This document shows positions 16,238 to 31,030 of a stretch of DNA of 64,000 nucleotides, piece by piece (within the stretch, counting starts at the first letter, position 1; each line of letters begins with the position of its first letter). The translations under genes and the position numbers were made by a program. A model generated the notes under the pieces. The model did not search any database, had not been told where the DNA came from, and saw nothing but the letters and a program-made list of their open reading frames with translations. This stretch comes from the human T2T-CHM13v2.0 reference genome, Homo sapiens, in NCBI RefSeq assembly GCF_009914755.1, contig NC_060941.1, one strand, 5' to 3'.

Positions 16238-16359
16238 AGAGCTCAGGAAGGGCCTACAGACACTGCTTGGCTCAGGGGACTTGGCAGACGATAGAGAACG
16301 CCACGGATATTTGGCAGGATGACTCCGAATGCTCCGAGAACCACAGCTTCAAGCAAAAC
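16238..16359 (+). CDS. GLP2R: GLP2R coding exon 4 (SSGRAYRHCLAQGTWQTIENATDIWQDDSECSENHSFKQN), 122 nt, phase 1-0
   Basis: tactttcag|AGAGCTCA ... CAAAAC|gtgagt. Contains the C-x3-G-x-W motif and the last ECD Cys. Confidence 0.98.
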
Positions 16360-18328
16360 GTGAGTTTGCTCAGCTCAGTGAGGAGGCATCCAGGGTCCAA
16401 ACCACCCTCCTTCGGGACACCCCAGTGGCCTGCTGGCTCCAGGGGCCACACAAAGAGGCTTCTCCAGCGCCTCTCCCCGGGGAAGCTAAGGAAGGTCCCG
16501 CAAAGCAGCAACCCTTGTGGCGGCCATGGAATTTCTTCCACTACTAGGCTGACATGCAAAATCCTAAGAGAAGTCAGTCTTCCAGGATTGATCCTGGCAT
16601 TTGTGCTTGCTGTTCCCCGTGCCTGGAGCACCTGTCCCAGCTCCCCTGTGGCTGGCTCCTTCTCACCATCCAGGGTTCAGTCCAAATATCTCCTTCAAAG
16701 AGAGATCTTCCAGGGTCACCTAATCCAGAGAGTGCCCTCTATGGTTGCCACATCCCCCCGACCCACCACCCACCACCCCCCACTTCGACTCCTTTATGGC
16801 ACCTGCCCCTCCCTGAAATTCTCACTGTTGCTTATTTGTTATCTAGCCCTCTCATCAGAATGTAGATCCACTGGTGACAGGGGACTTGTGTGCCTCGAGG
16901 GAGTGGCATAGCACAGGGTCTAGGGTCAGGCAGCCCTATTTCCATTCCAAATAGTAAGAATGTTAATAAGCCCCCAAAAGGGGAAACGAAACGTCCCTTA
17001 TCCTTGGGATTTTCCACAGCTCTGTGGCATGCTCAGAGGAACAGTCTGTGTATTCATATCCAGACTCTGCTCTTCCCGGCTGTGAACCTGGTGCAAGTTA
17101 CCTCATCTTCTTGGGCCTCTGCTTCCTCATTCATGCCACAGGGATCATATTTGCTACATGTGACGTTGTGAGGATTTAGTCATCAGACATCAGTTTCTTA
17201 GGAGAAAACCTGGTACACGGTCAGCATGGTCTATGCAGGCACTCCTGCCCTATCCCCAGGGTCTACCACAGTAACTGGTCCGCAAGTCCCCATGGCTTCC
17301 CAGGAAAGGTTTTTTGGATGAACAAACAAATCCATGCTTCAGACTTCTCTCCACATGTGTTCTTTCCAGAATCCTTCTGCACCATACTTTCTCGTTGGAC
17401 TCTTGCTCTTCTCCCTGAGGACCTCCTGTTTGTCCAACATCTGCTCACTTTCCTTCAAAGTGCAATGCAAGAGGCTGCACAAAGCGGAGGAACAGGTGTT
17501 TGGGGATCAGACAGATATCTACGGCCACACCTTGGTTTCTTTCATTCCGATGGTCAGGCCACAAACAGTAATGAAGCATATACGATGGGTTAGGTTTTTG
17601 CACCAGGCACTGGGAATAAACAGGGGATAGCACGTGGATACTGCCTCCAGGGAGCTCAGAGTCTTGTGATCTTGTGAGGCATAGGGACAGTGTGATCGTT
17701 GCTGGGAGGGAAGTGTCAGATGCCCAGGGTCATGGAGGATGGGGAAACTGATGCAGACAGGGGACCAGGAAGGCTGCTCAAGCCTAGCCCTGCAGGGTGA
17801 GAAGGAGATGGCCATAGTAAGAGAGAGAGCAAAAGGGAGAAACACACCTAGGGTCAAAGAGCTCACGGGGCTCTGGGGCCACCTTGAGTGCTGCTGGGCA
17901 GGTGAGGTAGGGCCTGAGGAGGACACAGGTGGAGGTAGAGGCCTCGGGAGAGGTAGGTGGTGAAGGCCTCCTGTGCCCGGTGAAGGACTTAGGACTTTGT
18001 ATATTGAAGTAGGAGAGGGACATAACTAACTTATGTGTTGACAGATTTGTCCTGGCAGATTGGAGAGGAGTGAACTTGTCAACACATGAGTTAGTTATGG
18101 AGATCGGAGACTGGGGCCATGCTGGAGGCAGAAGGCAGGGACAACAGGCAGGAACCGTGGCAGCAACTCAGGCCGGATAGGAAGAGAGCGCCCAGGGGTG
18201 GAAGAAGAGGGAGGGTGGACTCATAGGTTTACCGAGGAGCAAAACGGTAGGACCTGGCTGGTGCTGGAGGCTGTGAGAGGGTAGAGCCAAGGACAACAAG
18301 ATCGCAGGCTTCTGGCTTGGACCCTTGA

Positions 18329-19007
<679 letters not shown>

Positions 19008-19479
19008 GAATTGTGGCTTTATTTCATGATTTAGTTGGAATTCTTTAGCTCTCTAAAGTCATTTAAATATTATCCCATTAAATGTTAAAGATATTCTATA
19101 CAATAAAGTCTGGGGACAGGGGAAGGCAAGGAGTTCAGTTTTAGAAACACTATTCTTGTCACGGGAGCCACCTAGCCTCTCTGCAGGCATCGTAAGATGG
19201 GGTTGAAAATACCCGCTTTGCAGGCTTAGTTGTGAGGCTTCAGAGGGCAATGAATGTGGAGTGATTCATCCACCTCCTGGCACACAATAGGCATTTGATA
19301 GTTGTGATTATTGCGTTTCTTTTCTTTTCAGACTATCTTCCCTGGACCCTACAAACACTTCTCTCCCTCCCTGGCCTCTCTGGTTCAGTCCTAGGGCTGT
19401 GATCATAGTTCACTTGTCATTGTGAGTTTTTTGGTGTCTGTGATGGTAGCTTTTCTGCATTGGCTATTTGGTTGGATTT

Positions 19480-19486
19480 ATGTGTG

Positions 19487-19519
<33 letters not shown>
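19480..19519. repeat. (TG)n microsatellite
   Basis: Read directly, one interruption. Confidence 0.95.
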
Positions 19520-19524
<5 letters not shown>

Positions 19525-20077
19525 TTCATTTGACTTTCAAAAGCCAAAAACCTAGCTTTTTGTTAAGTTATTAAGGTCAATGCTATTTCATATAGTTTTT
19601 TATTCTATTTATAAATCTAGTAAGTTAGTCTACTTTCGTAGAGGTCTCTGATTAATTTTTGTTGACACAAACAAGTTATTTACATATCCTTTTACATTTT
19701 AAGCTGCGCTATTACATTTGATATGCTTTAGACATTTAAACTATGTTAAATAATTGTTATAATAAGAAAATCTTTCTTATTTTAAAATAATTCTAGTTCA
19801 TCGAATACATCAACTTTATATGTTGAGTCTTAAATTTTCCTAAATATGTCAATACTGTTTTCATCACGGTTTCAACTTAAAGTTGAAAATCAAGTACGCT
19901 TTGATGTATTTCATATTGGAAGCTTAATACTAACCTATTAGGTCCTCTAATATGTCATATTCTCTAAATAATACCAATTGCATACAGATTGTGCAAGTAA
20001 TTTAAAAAACTGCTATATGAGGGATAGACCAAGGGGTAGATATGGGGCGATACCACATAAAGTTTAATGTTTGTTAG

Positions 20078-20388
20078 AGGCCAGCTGCAGTAGCTCAGGC
20101 CTGTAATCCCAGCGCTTTGGGAAGCTGAAGTGGGAGGGTTGCTGGAGCCCAGGAGTTTGAGATCAGCCTGGGCAACACGGCGAAACCCCATCTCTAAAAA
20201 ATCAATACAAAAATTAGCTGGGCATGGTGGTGTGCACCTGTAGTCCCAGCTACTTGGGAGGCTGATGTGGGAGGATCACTTAAGCCCCAGGAGGTTGAGA
20301 CTGTAATGAGCTACGATTGTGCCACTGCACTCCAGCTTTGGTGACAGAGTGAGACTCTGTCTCAAAAAACAACGAACAAACAAAAAAC
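20078..20388 (+). mobile_element. AluJ
   Basis: Dimer with J-type gcccaggag motifs. TSD agtttaatgtt. Confidence 0.9.
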
Positions 20389-20685
20389 AGTTTAATGTTA
20401 GAATCTAAGTGGTGGATATACAGATGTTCTTTATAAAGTTTCTTTAACTTTGGTGTATGTTTGAAATTTTCATAATAAATATTGAGGACAAATAAAAAAA
20501 TTCTATACCTGAATTTAACACAAAACATTAATCAATGTAGTGGTGCGATCAAACCTTGCCAAGATTAAGACACAAAACAAACACTTTCACACTAAGGAGA
20601 CAAACTGGTCCAAGAAAGTAGGGGTTTCCATCTCAGGAGACATGGTTGCCTGTAGACCAAGATTTGTTTGTTCTGGTTGTCAATA

Positions 20686-21405
<720 letters not shown>

Positions 21406-21616
21406 GTCTACCAGGGTGACTTTTTTCACTCTTGCCAACAAGTTGAGCCCCAGGTTCATGTCCATTAGAGAAGGCTGATCGTATTCAGGTTCTACACGTT
21501 TCATAAACTAGCTATTTGGTCTAACAGGAGCCATCTGGTTCGGGCTCTGTTCCTTCAGAGCCTCGTGGGTGTTGGCATGTCCTTGGCTCCCTTAAGTGTA
21601 TCCTAATCTTCCATCA

Positions 21617-21727
21617 AGGCGCAGTGGCTCATAAGTATGATCCCAGTGCTTTGGGAGGCTGAGGCGGGAGGGCTGCTTGAGGCCAGGAGTTTGAGACCAG
21701 CCTGCTCAACATAGCAAGATTCCATGT
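21617..21727 (+). mobile_element. Alu left monomer (FLAM/AluJ-like), tailless, 14-bp TSD
   Basis: ctaatcttccatca at 21603-21616 and 21728-21741. Confidence 0.85.
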
Positions 21728-22609
21728 CTAATCTTCCATCAGACGTGAAGAACCTTCAACTGGATACTCCACATCCTCAGGGAATTCTGTCTAAACCTCT
21801 TACTTTCCTACTGGATTTGAGTTAACAGAATCCTGTGATCCTTATACAGTTTTACTGTGTGAGATATCACACCTCTTAAAGGGATCAGAAGGACACCTGT
21901 AGTTGGATTAGATCCGGTTTATCTCAAGAATTTGTCTGACTTTTTTCACATCAAAGTTGTGCTAATGGCATGCCTTGAATTAGGCAAACTGTGTATTTTT
22001 TTTCTCCTGGGCTTCAAACTGTTTGAGAACAACAACAAAGTCACAGTTATATTTGACTATCACCCCCAAACCTCTGACCTAGTACTGAGGTGCACAGTGG
22101 CCTTTGCATACAGTAGGCACTTAATAAATACTACATGAATGGCTTCACAAATTCTGAGCCAATTGGTCTGTAGGGGGGTCCAGCCATCAATACTAGTTCC
22201 AAAGTTCCCCAGATGATTCTAATATGCAGCCAAGGTTGAGAACCACAAGTGTGCGGACACAGTAGCACCATCCCCAAGTCAGCAAATGGGGAGCGCTAAG
22301 CAAGATTTGAAAACTGCGCTTTCAAAAACAGGAAGTAAAGATTTCTCTCTTCGGAAAAGTGAGGACAAGAGCATTGCCTCCTCCCCTCTGCAAATGGCCA
22401 TATTTCCAAGAATTCAAATACTTAACAAAAAAAACAACTTCTGGCCATGTTTACCTGTGTTTCTAATAGAGGGTTGAAATTTTGCCCAAAAAAGGCCAGT
22501 GTTAGTAAATCTTTGCCCTTCAGAGTTTTGGCAAACAAAATATGTTATGTTCTTCCAACTAACGAGATGCTGGGGGTCCTTATGCATGTTAAATGGCACT
22601 TTTAAAGGA

Positions 22610-22613
<4 letters not shown>

Positions 22614-22641
<28 letters not shown>
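22614..22641. repeat. (TG)n microsatellite
   Basis: Read directly. Confidence 0.95.
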
Positions 22642-22643
<2 letters not shown>

Positions 22644-23284
22644 TCACATAAGCATTAACAAGTGTGTTTAGATGACTTAGTATGGAATTGCGTTTAATGG
22701 AATGAAAATAAATTACTATGCCTTACTTTGTCCTTTAAAAAGTGCGTCTATTCTTAAATACATAATTTAATTAATACATACATATGAATTCATATATCTG
22801 TATATAATTTTAATATATGGCATATAATTTTAATAATACGTTTAAAATTTTAATATAATTTATAATATATCCATTGATTATATATGATTTTTCCAACATT
22901 TTATTTTGAAATATTGAAACATATAGAAAAATTAAAAGAATAATATAGTAGACACTCATATACCCAGTATTTAGATTCAAAATGTAATAACATTTTGCCA
23001 CATTTGCTTTCTCTCTGTTTCTTTCTGAAATATTCAAAACTAATTTGTAGACATCATGAGATTTCACCCCTAAATTCATCGGGTACCTCCTAAGATTAAG
23101 GACATCATTCTACACAACTACATTACCATTATTTCAACCAAGTAAAATTAACAGTGATTTTTATCACATGGCCTATTTCATCCATATTTAATATTTTTTC
23201 CAATTGTTTTCCCAAACTTTTATAGCTTTTCTGCCCTAGAAATATTTCTCTCTCTTTCTTACAGCTGGATAGTATTTCACTTAG

Positions 23285-23658
<374 letters not shown>

Positions 23659-24350
23659 TATTTCCAATATTTTATTCCTAAAACTGCCACAGTGAATAAT
23701 CTCAGATGTTTATGTTGGCTTATATTTGTGGCAGTATATCTTTTGGAAGATTTCTAGAAGTGGGATCACTGGATTAAAGGCAGGTGCATATATAATTTTG
23801 TTAGACATTGCCATCGGGGTTATACATTTGTCCTCCCTTCAACTATGTATGAGAGTACCTGTTTCCTCGTTGGGTGCGTATCACATATTGGTTAGGAAGC
23901 TTCTCATAAAGGTGTCTAAGTGACATAAGATTCACCTGTTGGTACTAAGCGTGAGCTGGAGACCTGATGTTTTGGAGCCTCTAGGAAAGTAGCCAGGTTT
24001 TGTTAGAGACCTTAATGTAGAGGACAGTTGAACAAAATCCTGTAAAAAAGTACAATTAAACCAACTGTAGCAGGTGCTCTTGGCGCCCTGCCCGTATCCC
24101 TTTGCCCTAATCAATTCAGTACACAGCTGCTTAACTTCTTACCACAAGTGCATGCATTTCTTTGCTGGTTCTCTGGTTCCTGAAGCCCACTTGTTCGTTG
24201 AAATGCAGGCCATAAGTGCCATGAAATTAATGTGCCTTGGAAGTCACCTTCAATCGATGACTGGCAAGATTTGGTATGTTTCTATACCAACTCCCTTGGT
24301 CTTGGGGTTAGTTGACTCTGAGGATTCCAGAGCTTCCCCAGTGGGATTAA

Positions 24351-24740
<390 letters not shown>

Positions 24741-25792
24741 GATTTTTTTTTCACTTTCTATGCAAGCTGCCTGCATTCCAATTCTTGTCTCAGGATCTGC
24801 TTCTTGGAAACCCAAACTAATTAGGACACAGACAAAAAAAAGACATGTCCCCTAATTTGTTCCTAGAAAGCACAAAACACACACGTGTTTTAAAAATCAT
24901 AATTTAGAAACAAATAGTTAGGTTATTTAATTAAATGTGTTAGCCTCATATCTCCAATAAAATAAATCATGCTATTCGACCCAGTAATGTCTTGATATGC
25001 CACAGAAATAGTCAATTTAAAGAAACTACACCACTCTGTGTGCAGAAGCACAAAACACTTCTTTACTTTCAAGGTGTTTCATAGTCTATCTGGAAAGACA
25101 AGATGAATGAAAGCAAAGCATTATTGAATAATACAATTGACACCCTATTTGTGAAACAAACCACAAGTACTTTGACAATAAGAGTTGACAATAAGCAGAG
25201 AGACATTTGAGGAGGATTTCTTATAGGGGGTAGGTTTGTGCTGGTCTTAGAGGGAAAGACTTAGTTTCAAGGAGAGGCAAACAAGCACAGTTGGAGACTG
25301 ACAAGATTGTAGGGATCTAGATGAAGTCCATAGAGAATAATTCTAGAGAGAAACGTGGTTGGGATTGATCTGGAAGAGCTCAAAGTCTACACCGAGAGTT
25401 CTGCCTCCAGACCACCACTGCAAAAAATGATAACAGAGAAAGAAAAAAACATACGACATAGACATTTTAATCTACAAAAAGGAATGAAGAACACTAGAAA
25501 TAGTACATATAAAGGTAAATTTTTATCTCATTTAAAAAATGTTCTAAAAAGAGAAATAAATTTAGTTTTTAAAATCACACAAAATATATTAGAAATCAAA
25601 AACAGTAAGTTGCTTGGAAAATTCCCCAAATATTAAAAAAAAAATAACAACATACTTCTAAATAACCCATGAGTCAAGTAAAAAAGTATAAAATAAATTA
25701 GTAAATATTTTAACTAAATAAAGACAAAAATACAATATGCCAATAATTTTGTGATGCAACCAAAGCAGTCATGGAGAGAAATGTATAGCATT

Positions 25793-26211
25793 TGTTTTTT
25801 TTTTTGTTTTTTTTTTTACTTTAAGTTCTGGGATACATGTGCAGAACGGGCAGGTTTGTTACATAAGTATACATGTGCCATGGTGGTTTGCTGCACCCAT
25901 CAACCCATCATCTAGGTTTTAAGCCCCACATGCATTAGGTATTTGCTGTAATGCTCTCTCTCCCCTTGGCCCCAACCCCCTGACAGGCCCCCGTGTGTGA
26001 TGTTCCCCTCTCTGTGTCCATGTGTTCTCATTGTTTAACTTCCACTTATGAGTGAGGACGTGTGGTATTTGGTTTTCTGTTCCTGTGTTAGTTTGCTGAG
26101 AATGATGGCTTCCAGTTTCATCCATGCCCCTGCAAAGGACATGAACTCATTCTTTTTTATGGCTGCATAGTATTCCATGGTGTATATGTGCCACATTTTC
26201 TTTATCCAATC
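25793..26211 (-). mobile_element. 5'-truncated L1PA 3' end
   Basis: Poly(T) plus actttaagttctgggatacatgtgcagaac. TSD tatagcatt at 25784-25792 and 26212-26220. Confidence 0.92.
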
Positions 26212-26416
26212 TATAGCATTCTTATATTAGAAAATTGGAAAAATATCAAGTCAGTGGCCTAACTGCCATCTTAAGAAACTAGGAAAAAAACCTCAGCAAA
26301 TTAAACTCAAAGTAAGCAAAAGAAAAGAATTACAAAGTATGAATAGAATTTAATTAAATGGAAAACGGAAAGACAATATGAAAATAAATAAATAAAACCC
26401 AAACTTGGTTATTTAA

Positions 26417-27148
26417 TCTTGGTGTTGATGGTTTTGAGTCTTTTCCATTCTGGTTTGATTTTTGTGCATTTTTGCCTGGAGTGTTTCATAGATTTCTCCA
26501 CTGCTGCTTTTTCTTCAGTTTCCTCATCAAAATCATCATCTTCTTCAACATCATCATCTTCATCATCATCATCATCTTCTCCATCAGCAGGAAGTTTTAA
26601 TTTTTTCTGTGGAAACTTGCTACCACTTCCAGGGGCAGATTACTTTCCAGATATACTTAAGAGTTTCACATTCTTCTCCTCTTCATCTTCTGACTCTGCA
26701 TCTTCCTAAGTGCTGTCCACTAATAGGCATCTGCTCTGAACCACACTCTTCAACTGTAAGACCGTGGGTGGTGTGATTTCAAAGCCCCCATGGAAACCAT
26801 TGGCTGTACAGACATTTTCAAAGTCGCCAGTGTTACTTTAATTGGACTGCCTTCGTCATTCATTGTCTCTGCGTCAACAATGTGCAATCATGCTTTGCAC
26901 CAGCCCTCAAACTGACAATTCTTAAAGATAAGTGGTGTTCCTTTTCATCATTGTCCGCCTTAAAGGGATCGTCTTTGTCGGCCTTTAGTTCACAACTGAA
27001 AACATAGTTCTGGGGCCTCCGGGGGCTCATGTCCATCTCCATCGAGTCCTCCATGGGGTGGTGGCACGTACTTAGGTGGGAGAAAAGGTGGACAGAGATA
27101 AATGACTGCTGCTCCAGGGAACAGCTGTGCAGGACGGAATCACACCAG
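26417..27148 (-). pseudogene. Processed NPM1 (nucleophosmin) pseudogene, 3'-truncated, no poly(A)
   Basis: ATG at 27054, [28 protein letters not shown] (NPM1-like). Includes the 5' UTR and acidic tracts, no introns, 1-nt frameshift near 26887. TSD ccaaacttggtta(t/c)ttaa at 26399-26416 and 27149-27166. Confidence 0.95.
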
Positions 27149-28240
27149 CCAAACTTGGTTACTTAAGAAGATCAATAAATTTGGTAAACCTCTAGAAAGA
27201 TGAACTTAAAAAAGGGAAAGAATTAAAGATGAGAGAGAGAAAGTGAGAGAGAGGTCAGGAGTTATATTAAGAGAGATGGAACATCACTACTGATACTTTA
27301 TAGACATTAGAAGGATAATAAGAGATTTTTGATGAATGCCTTTTTGCCAATAATTTCTACATGTTGGATACAATAATTTTTTTAAAAGAAACAAACTACA
27401 AAATTTCACTAAAGAAGGAATGGATAACCAGAATAGTCCTATATCTATTATTAAAATTGCCTTGCAGTTAAAATTCTCTCACAGAGAAAAACCTCGGACC
27501 TATTTAACTCCAATGGTGAATTCTACCAAATATATAAAGTTAAAATAATGCCAATTCTACATGAACTCTCCAGAAAATTGAAAAGGAGGAACTACTTCCC
27601 AACTCAGCTATGTGGCCAAGACCAGACAAACACATTACAAGAAAATAAAACTACAGACCAAAATCTCTCATGAACATAGAACAAAAAAATCGCATTTAAT
27701 AACACAAAATTTCTAGTAAATTATCCTGTGTTCACAATCAGGCGACCTGGGACTCAGAGAAAATATTGCAATGTTTCATTGAGTCTTCTTCCAAGAGGTC
27801 ATCTATGAAGACTTACTTTACAAAGGAAACATTCAGACAGAAATTTGGCCCTGTCCTCCAGAAGGAAGGACCCATAGACCCTAGGGACAGTGCTCCCAAG
27901 GGCAAAGAGCCTGTTCTCATTCCCAAGGCATCCTCTTGTTCTGAACACAATTCCTTTATGATATTGTGGCTCTTGGTGTATCAGTGCTGGGCTGTGGGCC
28001 CAGTCACAGGGGTGAGACCCACCGTGGGCTCTTCACTTGTTAAGGCTCCTTGGCCTCTGAGATGTACCAGAGAGCAATCTAAACTACCCTATTTGGGTGT
28101 CAACAAGGATGGGGAAGGAAACATTTAAAAAAATGTTGGGAGTCCATGCCTAGGCCCTTGGTGGCCCTGGGTGTGGAGCTGGGGGTTGTGGCCATAGCCC
28201 CATGGCTTAGTGGTCATGTCTGCTCTTCCTCTGTGTTCAG

Positions 28241-28347
28241 GTGGATCGTTATGCCTTGCTGTCAACCTTGCAGCTGATGTACACCGTGGGATACTCCTTC
28301 TCTCTTATCTCCCTCTTCCTGGCTCTCACCCTCCTCTTGTTTCTTCG
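28241..28347 (+). CDS. GLP2R: GLP2R coding exon 5 (TM1: VDRYALLSTLQLMYTVGYSFSLISLFLALTLLLFL-R), 107 nt, phase 0-2
   Basis: gtgttcag|GTGGAT ... CTTCG|gtgagt. YTVGYSxSL is the TM1 motif. Confidence 0.98.
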
Positions 28348-28384
28348 GTGAGTAGAACTTCTGCAGGCATGTGTTCGGGCAGGT

Positions 28385-28895
28385 ATAGTAGCCCTCCTTC
28401 ATCTACAGGGGATATGTTCTAAGAGTTCCAGTAGATGCCTGAAACCAGGGGTAGAACGAAACATAGTGTTCAAACCAGGGATAGAACCAACCCTATGTTT
28501 GGTTCTATCTCCATGTTTTTTCCTATACATACATACCTCTGATAAAGTTTAATTTATAAATTAGGCACAGTGAGAGATTAACAGCAATAACCAATATTGA
28601 AATAGAACAATTATAATGCTATACTATAATAAGAGTTATGTGAATGTGGCCTCTCTCTAAATATCATTACACTATGTTCACCCTTCTTTTTGTGATGATC
28701 AAGGAATGGAGCTGGTCAAGGTTAGATTTCATCACTTTACTCAGAACAGCACATAATTTAAAACTCATGAACTATTTATTTAATTATTTATTTCTGGAAG
28801 TTTTTCGTTTAATATTTTTGAGCCGCAGTGCACCATGATTGACTGCAGGTAACTAAAACAGTGGAAAACAAAAGTGTGGATAATGGGGGAACTAT
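28385..28895. mobile_element. MER44-like Tigger fossil just downstream of exon 5
   Basis: ggggatatgttctaagagttccagtagatgcctgaaacc ... ggataatgggggaacta termini. Confidence 0.7.
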
Positions 28896-30672
28896 GGTAT
28901 TGTGTAATTTGCTCATTGGCTACCTCTAGAAGGCACTGGAAGACTGGGCTGGATGTGTCATGAATCATCAAAGCTGGAAATGACCAGAGAGAGGCTAAGT
29001 CCAATCCATCCCATTTTGCAGAAGAAGGGGAAGAAAGGGATGGCAATGTCCCAATCAGAGGCATTGAGTCACCTCTGGCCATAAAGCCAGTTGGCTACAC
29101 AGCTAGAATTTGAACCCAAGACTCCTGACAGCTTTACCTCCTTTGGATTAGACACCTGCTGTGCGCCCGGCCCTGGTGTAAATCCCTAATCACACCCATT
29201 ACCACCACAGCCCATTCCCACTACAACTCAATCAGAGGCATTCTTTTTACAGAAGAGATTAAGAATCTTCCCCAAGGTAAACAAATGGATGGAAGAGCTG
29301 GGATTTCAATTCAGGGCCCTCAGATGTCAATTAGCTATCAAATTTAAGTGCTTACTCCTAAGCGCATTACATGCATTAAGTCGTTTAAATGTCATCCCTA
29401 ATTCAAATTAGGATTCATTCTATTCCTGGGAGGTTAGCATTATTATTACCCCCACTTTAGACGTGAGTTAACTGAAATATAGAGAGATGAAGTAACTTGC
29501 CCAAGATCACCGGCTGGTGGGTGATGAAGCCAGGATCACAAACAAGCAGTCTAGGATCTGAGCACTTTCACTCCCTAAACTTTCAGTATTCCAAAGCCTG
29601 TGTGCCTTTTACTAAATCATGCTTTTAGAAATCAGGCAAGTGAGACATTTATGGACCCACTAGAAAGCTCTCCAAAGCTGTCTCTGGTCTCAGGAATGTA
29701 AGCGGATATAATGTGGCAGAATGAGCATTTGACATAGGTGTGGGAGACCTGGAAACCAGCTCCAGAGCACCTCTCCACCTGGGCTCTGCTAGCCCTGGGT
29801 TGGGCCTCATGTGACTCCTCAATCCTGAGATGTTCTGCAGCTCCTAGGGTAAAGTCATGACCATCTACCCCATTGGGAGAACCATGCTTGAGCTATGGGA
29901 GAACTCTGCAACTTGTACACACTGATTATCTGTGACCTCCTTCCTTCATGCCCTGTCCCAAAGTCCCAGGACCAAGCCAGGAGAAAATAACTGCCCAGCC
30001 CTGTAGGAAGTCACTTCGGCCAAGCCTGGGACAACCAAGTGTCAGTTCTGCCTAAGGCTTGGGGAAAAGTGAGGCCCAGTCGCTGCCCTCAAATAGCCCC
30101 CAGTCTAGTTAGAGAGAAGAATGTGTAAATCCTAAGACACAAGAACCTGCCTCAGGTCCTTTTAGAAACTAAAAATATAACAATAGCTTTAAAGCAATAT
30201 AGGACAGGGTGTGTGCTACCCAGGGAGCACAGCTTTCCTCTGGTGACAGCAAGGATGCACAATGTCACATCACACACAAAGAGTCTGCAGGAGACCCCAG
30301 GTGCATAAGGAAGAGGTGATGAGAGCTAACATTTTTCTGGACACTTACTTATGTGCACAGATTAACGGATTTAATCATTCCACAACCCCTGGAGGTAAGT
30401 GCTCTTGTTCTCAGAGGCAGAAGAAACTGGGAGACCTATGCTTTGGCCTGAGAGTTTCTGTGTCTGAATCCCAACTCTGCGACTTACTGCTCTGGGACTT
30501 TGGACAGATGACTTCATCCTTCTGCTTTAATTCTTTCATTTATAAAATCAGGGTAATAATAATTCCTATACCTCCAGTGGTGGTAAGGAGTAAGAATACT
30601 CAAATGTAGCTGCATATGTAAATGATTTGGAACACGGCTGGCATGTTGAAGATGTTTTGTAGGTGATAGCTA

Positions 30673-31030
<358 letters not shown>

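Larger units (their letters stand above)
25385..27700 (+). mobile_element. Old L1M fragment (ORF2 region) hosting two later insertions
   Basis: A-rich L1 ORF2-like text (cttctaaataacccatgagtcaa; aagatcaataaa...aaacctctag; ggtgaattctaccaaa). Confidence 0.8.

Noticed and set aside
22740-22900. AT-rich quasi-palindromic tract
   Set aside because: Low-complexity sequence at the tail of an old L1, with no specific structure supportable.
26419-26709. Ser-rich + strand ORF
   Set aside because: It is the antisense reading of the NPM1 pseudogene acidic (GAT/GAA) tract.
26860-27054. Functional 64-aa NPM1 micro-protein
   Set aside because: Frameshifted within the oligomerisation domain, many substitutions, and no visible promoter.
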